A stretch of 32,000 nt of DNA, from contig UQGJ01000014.1 in the NCBI GenBank assembly GCA_900540545.1, positions 11,801 through 43,800 on the forward strand, given 5' to 3'. The notes beneath the pieces were generated by a model that worked only from the letters and a program-made list of their open reading frames with translations, searched no databases and was not told the DNA's origin. The stretch is from an uncultured Eubacteriales bacterium. GTDB taxonomy: Bacteria > Bacillota > Clostridia > Oscillospirales > Oscillospiraceae. The translations under genes were made by a program, and so were the position numbers. Position 1 is the first letter of the stretch. The number at the start of each line of letters is the position of its first letter. Below are positions 15,151-25,069 of this stretch, one piece after another.

Positions 15151-17133
15151 TTACGAAATATCCGCCAGCTCCAGGTATTTATAGCCGTTTTCGGCAATGT
15201 GGTCCTTTCTGCCGCTGAGGTTGTCGCCCAGGAGGAGGTCGAAGGTGGCAGCGGTCCGGGCTACGTCCTCGGGCATGACCTTGATGAGACGGCGGGTGTC
15301 CGGGTTCATGGTGGTCAGCCACATCATGTCCGGCTCGTTCTCGCCCAGGCCCTTGGAGCGCTGGATGGTGAACTTTTTGCCCTCCAGCTCCCTGAGGATG
15401 TCGGCCTTCTCCGTCTCGTTATAGGCGAACCAGGTTTTTTCCTTGAAGGTGATTTCGTAGAGGGGGGATTCCGCGATATAGACGTAGCCCCGCTGGATGA
15501 GGGTGGGGGTCAGGCGGTAGAGCATGGTGAGGACCAGGGTTCTGATTTGGTAGCCGTCCACGTCGGCGTCGGTACAGATGACCACCTTGTTCCACCGCAG
15601 GTTCATCAGGTCGAATTCCGGCAGGTCCTTGGCCCGCTTGTCGTGGACCTCCACGCCGCAGCCCAGGACCTTCAGCAGGTCGGTGATGATCTCCGACTTG
15701 AATATCTTGCCGTAGTCGGCCTTGAGGCAGTTCAAGATTTTGCCCCGGATGGGCATGATGCCCTGGAAGTCCGAGTCCCGGGCCAGCTTCACCGAGCCCA
15801 GGGCCGAGTCGCCCTCCACGATATACAGCTCCCGGCGCTCGGTGTCCTTGGTGCGGCAGTCCACGAATTTCTGGACCCGGTTGGAGATGTCCATGCTGCC
15901 GGTGAGCTTTTTCTTGATGTTCAGGCGGGCCTTCTCGGCGGACTCCCGGGAACGCTTGTTAATGAGGACCTGCTCGGCGATTTTGCCCGCGTCGAAGGGG
16001 TTCTCGATGAAGTAGACCTCCATCTGGGCCTTCAAAAACTCGGTCATGGCCTCCTGGACGAACTTGTTGTTGATGGCCTTTTTGGTCTGGTTCTCGTAGG
16101 AGGTCTGGGTGGAGAAGTTGTTGGAGACCATCACCAGACAGTCCTGGATGTCGGCCCAGGTGATTTTGCTCTCCGACTTCTGGTATTTGCCCTGCTGCTT
16201 GAGGTAGCCGTCGATGGCAGAGACCAGGGCGGACTTCATGGCCTTTTCCGGGCTGCCGCCGTGCTCCAGCCAGGAGGAGTTGTGGTAGTGCTCAATGATC
16301 TGCACCGTGTTAGAGAAGCACAGGGAGACGGAGAGCTTCACCTTATACTCCGGCTTGTCCTCCCGGTCCCGGCCCTTGCGCTCGGTCTGCCAGAACACGG
16401 GGGTGGTGAGGGCGTTCTCCCCGGCCAGCTCCCGGACGTAGTCCACGATGCCGTTTTCGTACTTGAACTCGGTGGTCTCGAATTTGCCCCCCACCTGGTT
16501 GCGGAAGCGGAAGGTGATGCCCGCGTTGACCACGGCCTGGCGCTTCATCACATCCAGGTAGAACTCGGGGGGGATATTGGTGTCGGTGAACACGTCCAGG
16601 TCGGGCAGCCAGTGGAATTTGGAGCCGGTCTTTTTGCCGGTATAGGGGGTCTTGGTCAGACCGCCCACGTTCTCGCCCTTTTCAAAGTGGAGGGTGTACT
16701 CGAAGCCGTCCCGGTGGATGACGGCGTCGAAGTACCGGCTGGCATACTGGGTGGCGCAGGAGCCCAGGCCGTTGAGGCCCAGGGAGTACTCGTAGTTGTC
16801 GCCGTCGCCGGTGCCGTACTTGCCGCCGGCGTACAGCTCGCAGAACACCAGCTCCCAGTTGAACTTCTGCTCCTTCTCGTTCCAGTCCACCGGGCAGCCC
16901 CGGCCGAAGTCCTCCACCTCGATGGAGTGGTCCTCGTACCGGGTGACGGTGATGACGTCGCCGTGGCCCTCCCGGGCCTCGTCGATGGCGTTGGACAAAA
17001 TCTCAAAGACGGCGTGCTCGCAGCCCTCCAGCCCGTCGGAGCCGAAGATGACGCCGGGGCGCTTGCGGACCCGGTCGGCCCCCTTCAGGGCGGAGATGGA
17101 TTCGTTGCCGTAGTGTTTACTGCTCTTTGGCAT
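15151..17133 (-). CDS. parE: Type IIA DNA topoisomerase subunit B (ParE/GyrB family)
   Basis: 660 aa with the GHKL ATPase motif EILSNAIDEA, Toprim LYIVEGDSALGS, PIRGKILN and DADVDGYQIRTL. Confidence 0.93.
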   Translation of the reverse strand: MPKSSKHYGNESISALKGADRVRKRPGVIFGSDGLEGCEHAVFEILSNAIDEAREGHGDVITVTRYEDHSIEVEDFGRGCPVDWNEKEQKFNWELVFCELYAGGKYGTGDGDNYEYSLGLNGLGSCATQYASRYFDAVIHRDGFEYTLHFEKGENVGGLTKTPYTGKKTGSKFHWLPDLDVFTDTNIPPEFYLDVMKRQAVVNAGITFRFRNQVGGKFETTEFKYENGIVDYVRELAGENALTTPVFWQTERKGRDREDKPEYKVKLSVSLCFSNTVQIIEHYHNSSWLEHGGSPEKAMKSALVSAIDGYLKQQGKYQKSESKITWADIQDCLVMVSNNFSTQTSYENQTKKAINNKFVQEAMTEFLKAQMEVYFIENPFDAGKIAEQVLINKRSRESAEKARLNIKKKLTGSMDISNRVQKFVDCRTKDTERRELYIVEGDSALGSVKLARDSDFQGIMPIRGKILNCLKADYGKIFKSEIITDLLKVLGCGVEVHDKRAKDLPEFDLMNLRWNKVVICTDADVDGYQIRTLVLTMLYRLTPTLIQRGYVYIAESPLYEITFKEKTWFAYNETEKADILRELEGKKFTIQRSKGLGENEPDMMWLTTMNPDTRRLIKVMPEDVARTAATFDLLLGDNLSGRKDHIAENGYKYLELADIS

Positions 17134-17169
17134 GGGGCTCCCCTCACATTTCCATAATCTATCAGGTTA

Positions 17170-17199
17170 AGTATAGCTCATTTCATAGAGGGGAGTCAA
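17170..17199 (-). promoter_or_regulatory. Candidate sigma-A promoter of the topoisomerase B gene
   Basis: The minus strand reads TTGACT (17199-17194), 18-nt spacer, TATACT (17175-17170). An AT-rich UP-like tract lies upstream (17200-17231), and the RBS GAGGGGAG precedes the ATG at 17133. Confidence 0.55.
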
Positions 17200-17249
17200 T
17201 TAAGAGTTCAGAATTCAGAATGAAGAAGGAAAAATGTGACATGGGAGGA

Positions 17250-17284
17250 CAAAAAACCGCCGCATCCCTGTGGGATGCGGCGGT
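17250..17284 (-). terminator. Rho-independent terminator (minus strand) with no annotated gene upstream of it
   Basis: A 12-13 bp perfect stem CCGCCGCATCCC-TGT-GGGATGCGGCGG. On the minus strand it is followed by TTTTTT (the A-run at 17251-17256). Confidence 0.65.
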
Positions 17285-17595
17285 GGGTCCGCGCTCGGCA
17301 CCTTGAATTTCTTCCTTGTGCGGCCGGGCCTTTGGGCTGGACGGGGAGCCGTCGTCTGCTTTGGGGGTCTGGTTCCTGTTGGAACGGTTCCCAATGCGGA
17401 CCCGTCCCCTTTCGCCTTTCGCCAGAGGGTGAGCTCACCCGGCACCGGCTTAAAAGGAGATGCGGTCCTTTTTTGACAGGTCTGTTTCTCTCTCCCTGTC
17501 CGAGAGCTAGTATGTGCAGCGCGCCAGGTATGAACCGTGGCATATTTGTCCAAACTTTCCATACAATACTTTGTAACAGAAAGGAGGCGGCGCTC

Positions 17596-17844
17596 ATGGC
17601 GGAGGCGGTCAAAGCCTTTTCCTTCCGCAGGCGGGGGGAGAGCGAGCGGGACCAGGAGGTGCGCGCCCTGCGGGAGGGGCTGACCAACACCCGGACCCTC
17701 ATCAACCAGGCCTATACCCTGTTCAATTCCACCGGAGACCCGGACCTCATCGAGTCCTACGTCTTTGAAATCAATTCGCTCCAGGCCCGGTATTCCTACC
17801 TGCTGCGGCGGGTGAAGGAGCTGGAGCAGGAAGAGGGGGCCTGA
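17596..17844 (+). CDS. yaaL: DUF2508 / YaaL-family small protein
   Basis: ATG at 17596 with RBS GAAAGGAGG. The 82-aa coiled-coil-like sequence (...ESYVFEINSLQARYSYLLRRVKELE) is followed directly by bofA, as in B. subtilis yaaL-bofA. Confidence 0.75.
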   Translation: MAEAVKAFSFRRRGESERDQEVRALREGLTNTRTLINQAYTLFNSTGDPDLIESYVFEINSLQARYSYLLRRVKELEQEEGA

Positions 17845-17846
17845 GG

Positions 17847-18119
17847 ATGGACGGCACCCTGCTCCAGGCCATGCCCTGGGTCCTGGTGGGCCTGCTGGCG
17901 GTGGCAGTCCTGGCGGCCCTGCGGACCCCGCTGAAGCACCTGGGCAAGCTCTGCCTGCGGACGGCCTGCTCCCTGGCGGCCCTGGCGTGCCTGAGCCCGG
18001 TGGGGTCCCTGCTGGGCATCACACTGGGGGTCAACCTGTGGAACGCCCTGGTGGTGGGCCTGCTGGGGGTCCCCGGTTTCGGGCTGCTGCTCATGCTCAA
18101 CTGGGCGCTGTGCGTGTGA
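17847..18119 (+). CDS. bofA: Pro-sigma-K processing inhibitor BofA-family membrane protein
   Basis: 90 aa with two TM segments. Motif GSLLGITLGVNLWNALVVGLLGVPGFGLLL resembles BofA (G..LG..INL....G.LG.PG). Synteny with yaaL supports the call. Confidence 0.78.
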   Translation: MDGTLLQAMPWVLVGLLAVAVLAALRTPLKHLGKLCLRTACSLAALACLSPVGSLLGITLGVNLWNALVVGLLGVPGFGLLLMLNWALCV

Positions 18120-18218
18120 CGCCGGGGCGGAAACGACAGGAAATGTTTCCCCGTTCATAAATTCGTCACATCCTTCCGATATAATGAGGCCACTTATGTG
18201 AGAAAGCGAGTGGTCTCT

Positions 18219-18839
18219 ATGAGACGAACCCTGTGCGCCCTGGCGCTGACCCTGTCCCTGTGCGGGGGACTGGCCGTCCCGGCCCTGGCCGCGGGCTATG
18301 CCGACGTGCCCGCCGGAAGCTGGTACGCCGGGGCGGTGGAGAAGGTCACGGCCGAGGGCGTGATGAACGGCACCACCGAGACCACCTTCGACCCCGACAG
18401 CTTTGTGACCCGGGGCATGGTCATGGCCGTGCTGTGGCGGCTGGCCGGGTCCCCCGCCCCCGAGGGGGCCTCGGACTTCTCCGACCTCCAAGCGTGGTAT
18501 TACTACGCCGACGCCGTGGCCTGGGGCCAGGAGCAGGGCATCGCCACCGGCCTGGGGAACGGGACCTTCGGCGGCGGCGACACCGTGACCAGGGAACAGC
18601 TGGCCGTGTTCCTCTACCGCTACGCCCTGGCCACCGGCGGGGAGATCGCCGCCGGTGTGCTGGACCCCTACGAGGATGCCGGGACGGTCCACGCCTGGGC
18701 GCTGGAGGGCGTGGCCCACGCCGTGGGGGCGGGGCTGATCACCGGGGACAGCGACGGGAAGCTGTCCCCCGCCGGGAACGCCACCAGGGCGCAGCTGGCC
18801 GTCATTTTGCAGCGGCTGATGACGCCGGCGGTGGGATAA
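18219..18839 (+). CDS. Secreted S-layer-homology (3x SLH) domain protein (alternative GTG start at 18198)
   Basis: Signal peptide ...LSLCGGLAVPALA-AG. Three SLH-like repeats: YADVPAGSWYAGAVEKV..., FSDLQAWYYYADAVAWGQEQGI... and YEDAGTVHAWALEGVAHAVGAGLITG.... Confidence 0.85.
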   Translation: MRRTLCALALTLSLCGGLAVPALAAGYADVPAGSWYAGAVEKVTAEGVMNGTTETTFDPDSFVTRGMVMAVLWRLAGSPAPEGASDFSDLQAWYYYADAVAWGQEQGIATGLGNGTFGGGDTVTREQLAVFLYRYALATGGEIAAGVLDPYEDAGTVHAWALEGVAHAVGAGLITGDSDGKLSPAGNATRAQLAVILQRLMTPAVG

Positions 18840-18847
18840 AGCGTATG

Positions 18848-18878
18848 GGACCGTGTACAGGGTACACGGTCCTTTTTT
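18848..18878 (+). terminator. Rho-independent terminator of the SLH gene
   Basis: GGACCGTGTAC-AGG-GTACACGGTCC (11-bp stem) followed by TTTTTT. Confidence 0.8.
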
Positions 18879-18880
18879 GT

Positions 18881-19556
18881 CCGCCTGCGGGCGGGGAGGG
18901 GGGGGAGCGACCCCCTCCGGGGGTGTCGCCTCCGGCGGGGGTCCTCTTTCTCATTTGAGAAAGAGGACGGAAAGAAAACCAGGGCCGCGGCCCTGGACCT
19001 AGGGGCGGCGCCAACGGGGCTTGGGGGTTGAGACCGGCTTGTGGGGACAAGTCTGCCTTTTTGCTTCCGCCCCGGCCGTTACGGCCTAATGTGCGGTTGG
19101 TCCACCTGTTGCGCTGGCGCGGCGCGCCTAGCGTGGCGAGTCCCGGCAAGGCGGGTGCAGAGACGGGCCGCCGAGGTCGGCGGCCCCTACGGCATGAGCC
19201 GAAGGTCTCTTGTAGGGGCCGCCCACTGGGCGGCCCGTGCAGACTGGCGATAGGCGCAAGACCCCGTAAAAGGCGCATAAACCTTGTGGCGGCTTGTTTG
19301 CACCGAGTAAAACGCAACTATTATCAAGTTTTGCCGGGTCATATGCCGAGGGGCGGCAGCCGGAGTTGTTCGGGCGCGTGCCAATACCGGGCTGCAACGG
19401 CTTTCAAGTCTTGCCAGCAAACGTGAACCGTACCGCCGCCCGGACGTTCCCTGGGTCCAGGGGGCGGCGGATAGGGCATTGAAAATGCCCGTGCCGCCTC
19501 CGGCCCTTCTTTCCGTCCCCTTTCTTCGAGAAGAAAGGGGACCCGCCGGAGGCCCC
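18881..19556 (-). repeat. Copy B of the hairpin-mosaic repeat family (inverted relative to A and C), bounded by ~55-bp terminal inverted repeats
   Basis: Ends 18929-18983 and 19500-19552 are inverted copies: CCTCCGGCGGG.TCC-[CTTTCT..AGAAAG palindrome]-GACGGAAAGAA. The interior is collinear with the reverse complement of copy A. Confidence 0.8.
19165..19236. repeat. REP/BIME-like doublet: two GTAG-headed GC hairpins in inverted orientation
   Basis: 19165-19190 is GGGCCGCCG-AGGT-CGGCGGCCC-CTAC, which has a GTAG head on the minus strand. After a 21-nt linker, 19212-19236 is GTAG-GGGCCGCCC-ACT-GGGCGGCCC. Confidence 0.55.
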
Positions 19557-19603
19557 CTTTGTGACGATTCTGAAAACATTCCATGAACCTTTCCCGGTAA
19601 GAA

Positions 19604-19632
19604 TTGACGGACGCCGAAGAACGCGATATGCT
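19604..19632 (+). promoter_or_regulatory. Candidate promoter of the MarR gene
   Basis: TTGACG (19604-19609), 17-nt spacer, TATGCT (19627-19632). The inverted repeat GAATC-N6-GATTC (19643-19658) lies between the promoter and the RBS and is a possible operator. Confidence 0.45.
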
Positions 19633-19674
19633 TTTCGCACACGAATCAGTGCGGATTCCGAAAGGAGTATGGCG

Positions 19675-20133
19675 ATGAAGGGTTCCAACGACATTCTGAT
19701 GACCTATCTGCGGGTGTCCCAGCACATGTCCCGGCTGTTCCGGGACCACTATGGGCGGCTGCAGCTCACCTTCCCCCAGGCCCTGGTACTCACGGTGTTG
19801 GGCGAGGAGGGGCCGGTGCCCATCAGCGCCCTGGCCGAGCGCACCGGCAGCGCCAACTCCACTGTGTCCGGCATTGTGGACCGGCTGGAAAAGCTGGGGC
19901 TGGCCCGGCGGGAGCGGTCCGGGGAGGACCGGCGGGTCATCTACGTCACCGCCACCGAAAAATTTGACTGTCTGCGCAAGCGGGCCGAGACCGACGTGGG
20001 CGGTTATTTCAGCTCGGTTTTGGAGAGCATGACAGAGGAGGAGCGCCGGGCCGTCGCCCAGGCGCTGACCCGGCTGGACGAGGCGCTGCTGGACAAGGAG
20101 GCCCAGGATGCCGCGGCGGTGAAAAAAGGGTGA
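19675..20133 (+). CDS. MarR-family transcriptional regulator (alternative ATG at 19669)
   Basis: Winged-helix pattern LTFPQALVLTVLGEEGPVPISALAERTGSANSTVSGIVDRLEKLGLARRERSGEDRRVIYV. RBS AAGGAG lies 7 nt upstream of 19675. Confidence 0.85.
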   Translation: MKGSNDILMTYLRVSQHMSRLFRDHYGRLQLTFPQALVLTVLGEEGPVPISALAERTGSANSTVSGIVDRLEKLGLARRERSGEDRRVIYVTATEKFDCLRKRAETDVGGYFSSVLESMTEEERRAVAQALTRLDEALLDKEAQDAAAVKKG

Positions 20134-20205
20134 TTTTTCGCGCCGGCTGTGGTATACTTCCTTCGAAATAGTATTCCATGACAAGTTTGTAAGGATGGAA
20201 TTCAG

Positions 20206-21282
20206 ATGAAAAGGAACTACGGTTACGATACCTACCGGGGCCGCTCCGGGTTCCGGACCTTCCTGAAGGTCCTGGCCGCCGCCCTGGTCATCGTGCTGGT
20301 GGTGGTCGTGGCGGGCGCCCTGTGGATCACGGAGCGGTACGGCGTCTACTCCGCCGACGGGGTGCGCCTGGTGCTGCCCTGGCTGGACCGGGAGCCGGAG
20401 CCGGTGAGCAGCGTGGAGGTGCTGCCCGTCGTCCCCAGCCAGCCCATCGTGGTGGTGACGCCGGAGGTGACCGGCCCCGCCGACCTCCAGTGCGTGAGCC
20501 TGCCCCGGGAGGCCCTCTATGACGGCTCCGCCGCCGGGGCGGTGGCGGCTGCCGGGGCCAACGGGGCCCTCTTCGACATGAAGGCCGACGACGGGTCCCT
20601 GGGCTACGTGTCCAGCCTGGACCTGGCCATCAAGGCCAAGGTCTCGGCCGACGACCCGGCCCTCAACGCGGCCATCCGCGCTCTCAACGACACGGAGGGG
20701 ATGTACACCGTGGCCCGGGTCTCCTGCTTCAAGGACGACAAGCTCTCAGACGCGGAGAAGGCCCTCAACATCCTCACCAACAGCGGCTACCGCTGGACCG
20801 ACCCGGAGGGGCTCCACTGGTCCAGCCCCACCAGCGAGTCGGTGCGGGATTACCTCACATCGGTCTGCCTGGAGCTGGCCGGGCTGGGGTTCGACGAGAT
20901 CGTGCTGGACCACGCGGGCTACCCCACCCAGGGCAACCTGGGCTATATCAAAAAGGGCGCGGCCTATGACCCGGAGGCCCTGGACGGGGTCGTGACCGGG
21001 TTCTACCAGCAGGTGCGGGAGGCCCTGTCCGGGCAGTATCCCGACGTGAAGCTGTCCATCGTGACCACCCAGGCCGCCCTGGACGGCACCGACGTCCTCA
21101 GCGGGCAGACCGCCGGGGCCGTGGCCGGGAGCGCCGACCGGGTGTGGATGAAAGAGGCCGAGACGGCCGGGGCGGAGCGGCTGCTGGCCGCCGCGGGGAT
21201 GGAGGACGCCGGAGACAAACTGGTGCCCCTGCTGGACGCCCCCGGTCCGGCGGACGGGAGCTGGGCCGTCTGGAACTGGTAA
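20206..21282 (+). CDS. Membrane-anchored DUF4015-like putative glycoside-hydrolase-fold protein
   Basis: N-terminal TM helix (VLAAALVIVLVVVVAGALWI). YTVARVSCFKDD and WTDP...VRDYLTSVCLELAGLGFDEIVLDHAGYP match the pattern I recall for DUF4015 (GHL-type) proteins. Confidence 0.7.
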   Translation: MKRNYGYDTYRGRSGFRTFLKVLAAALVIVLVVVVAGALWITERYGVYSADGVRLVLPWLDREPEPVSSVEVLPVVPSQPIVVVTPEVTGPADLQCVSLPREALYDGSAAGAVAAAGANGALFDMKADDGSLGYVSSLDLAIKAKVSADDPALNAAIRALNDTEGMYTVARVSCFKDDKLSDAEKALNILTNSGYRWTDPEGLHWSSPTSESVRDYLTSVCLELAGLGFDEIVLDHAGYPTQGNLGYIKKGAAYDPEALDGVVTGFYQQVREALSGQYPDVKLSIVTTQAALDGTDVLSGQTAGAVAGSADRVWMKEAETAGAERLLAAAGMEDAGDKLVPLLDAPGPADGSWAVWNW

Positions 21283-21350
21283 AAATTCCGGGACAATTTT
21301 TCGGGTTTGTCCGAAGGAAAACGCGTCTTTTTTACAAATCTCACAAATAG

Positions 21351-21398
21351 GAGAGACCGCACAGCCGACAATGTTGTGCGGTCTCTCTAAATTTTTTT
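21351..21398 (+). terminator. Rho-independent terminator
   Basis: GAGAGACCGCACA (21351-21363) pairs with TGTGCGGTCTCTC (21375-21387), followed by AAATTTTTTT. Confidence 0.7.
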
Positions 21399-21439
21399 CT
21401 GTGGCCCTACCAATATGTAAGGTGGTTGCAGTTTTTGGC

Positions 21440-21468
21440 TTGATTTTGACTTCGGTACAGTGTATTAT
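21440..21468 (+). promoter_or_regulatory. Candidate promoter of the V-ATPase operon
   Basis: TTGATT (21440-21445), 17-nt spacer, TATTAT (21463-21468). Confidence 0.45.
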
Positions 21469-21529
21469 GGGAGGTATTCTAGGGCAGTATCAAATTTATG
21501 GATACCTACCATCGAAAGGCGGTGATGGA

Positions 21530-21843
21530 ATGTCTTTAGAAGCAGTCCAAAAGGTGACCGAGGCCGAGCAGAAGGCCCGGGAGCGGAAGGCCGAGGCGGA
21601 GGCCCAGGCCAAGCGCATGGTGGCCGAGGCCGAGAAGGCCGGCCGGGAGCGGCTGGCCGCGGCCCGCGCCGAGGCCGAGGCTCAGGTCCGGGAGATGATG
21701 ACCCGGGCGGAGGCCAAGGCCGACCTGCACACGGAGACCGTGATGGCGGAGACCCGGCGGTCCTGTGACAGCCTGCGCAGCGGTGCCCAGGATAAACTGG
21801 CGGACGCGGCGGCACTGATTGTCAGAAAGGTCGTGGGAGTCTA

Positions 21844-21844
<1 letters not shown>
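21530..21844 (+). CDS. V/A-type ATPase small peripheral-stalk subunit (G/H-like, Ala/Glu-rich coiled coil)
   Basis: Internal ATG at 21530. The 104-aa sequence (MSLEAVQKVTEAEQKARERKAEAEAQAKRMV...) occupies first position in the operon, like E. hirae NtpF. Its TAA overlaps the ATG of subunit I. Confidence 0.7.
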
Positions 21845-24337
<2,493 letters not shown>

Positions 24338-24347
24338 GGAGACACCT

Positions 24348-25034
24348 ATGAACGGAATCGAAAAGATCACCGGCCGCATCGACGCCGACATCCAGCAGGA
24401 GATCGACGCCATCCAGGCCGACGCCAAGGCCCAGGCCGACGCCATCGCCGCCGACTACGAAGCGCGGGCCAAGGCCGAGGCCGAGGCCATCCTGAAAAAG
24501 GGCGCGGAGGCCGCCGCCCAGCGGGAGGAACGCCTGGGTTCCGTGGCCCAGCTGGAACACCGCAAGCTCACCCTCGCCGCCAAGCAGGAGATGGTGGAGC
24601 AGGCCTTCCAGCAGGCCATGCGGGAGCTGGTGGGACTGCCCGACGAGCAGTACATCGCCCTGCTGGCCAACCTGTGCGCCCAGGCCAGCCGCACCGGCCG
24701 GGAGCAGGTCATCTTCTCCCAGAAGGACCGCTCCCGCTTCGGCAAGGCCGTGGTCACCATGGCCAACGACATCCTGGCCCGGAAGGTGGCCCCCAAGCTG
24801 CCCGACGAGTTTACCGAGTCCAAGGCGGGGGCCTTCCTGGACAAGGTGGTCACCGGGGCCTCCGCCGTGCTGGCGGGGACCGGTATGCTCACCCTGGCCG
24901 AGGACACCCGGCCCATGGCCGGGGGCCTCATCCTGCGGGACGACAAGGTGGAGACCAACTGCTCCTTCGAGGTGCTGATCCACCTCCAGCGGGACGCCCT
25001 GGCCAACGAGGTGGCCAAGACCCTGTTCGGCTAA
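24348..25034 (+). CDS. ntpE: V-type ATPase subunit E
   Basis: 228 aa with an N-terminal long Ala/Glu/Gln coiled coil and a globular C-terminus. Position in the operon supports the call. Confidence 0.88.
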   Translation: MNGIEKITGRIDADIQQEIDAIQADAKAQADAIAADYEARAKAEAEAILKKGAEAAAQREERLGSVAQLEHRKLTLAAKQEMVEQAFQQAMRELVGLPDEQYIALLANLCAQASRTGREQVIFSQKDRSRFGKAVVTMANDILARKVAPKLPDEFTESKAGAFLDKVVTGASAVLAGTGMLTLAEDTRPMAGGLILRDDKVETNCSFEVLIHLQRDALANEVAKTLFG

Positions 25035-25069
25035 GGCCCCGCACCTCCCCAGCAAAAGGAGGAATCGAC

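Noticed and set aside
14646-15197. An intact IS200/IS605 insertion sequence around the Y1 transposase gene.
   Set aside because: Only 13 nt separate it from the upstream gene, and it overlaps the downstream gene, so there is no space for left-end and right-end subterminal hairpins. The longer ORF start at 15197 overlaps the topoisomerase gene and lacks an RBS.
4559-17133. Calling the topoisomerase pair gyrA/gyrB.
   Set aside because: The A subunit is short (747 aa) and I saw no GyrA-box heptapeptide in its C-terminal domain. The locus also lacks the dnaA-dnaN-recF context. It is labelled ParC/ParE-like, but this needs a phylogeny and the symbols are tentative.
17284-17595. An SRP (scRNA) gene, expected by analogy with B. 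subtilis scr-dnaX-yaaK-recR-yaaL-bofA.
   Set aside because: I could not find the conserved domain IV motif (GGAA tetraloop flanked by the AGCA/GGAA-type symmetric loop) on either strand. dnaX and recR are also not in the window.
18180-18185. A promoter for the SLH gene (TATAAT at 18180-18185).
   Set aside because: It is a perfect -10, but no acceptable -35 lies at 16-19 nt spacing. It is too weakly supported to list as a feature.
19294-19482. A peptide 'conserved' across the repeat copies (MFAP.KTQLL...SYA.GRQPELF...NRTAARTFPGSRG), seen in ORFs 19294-19482+, 30687-31151- and 300-686-.
   Set aside because: Copy A has an in-frame TGA where the other copies have Ser. Only about one third of B versus C codon differences are synonymous, and many are radical. 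There is no RBS, and the product is Arg/Pro/Gly-rich. The conservation is better explained at the nucleotide or structure level.
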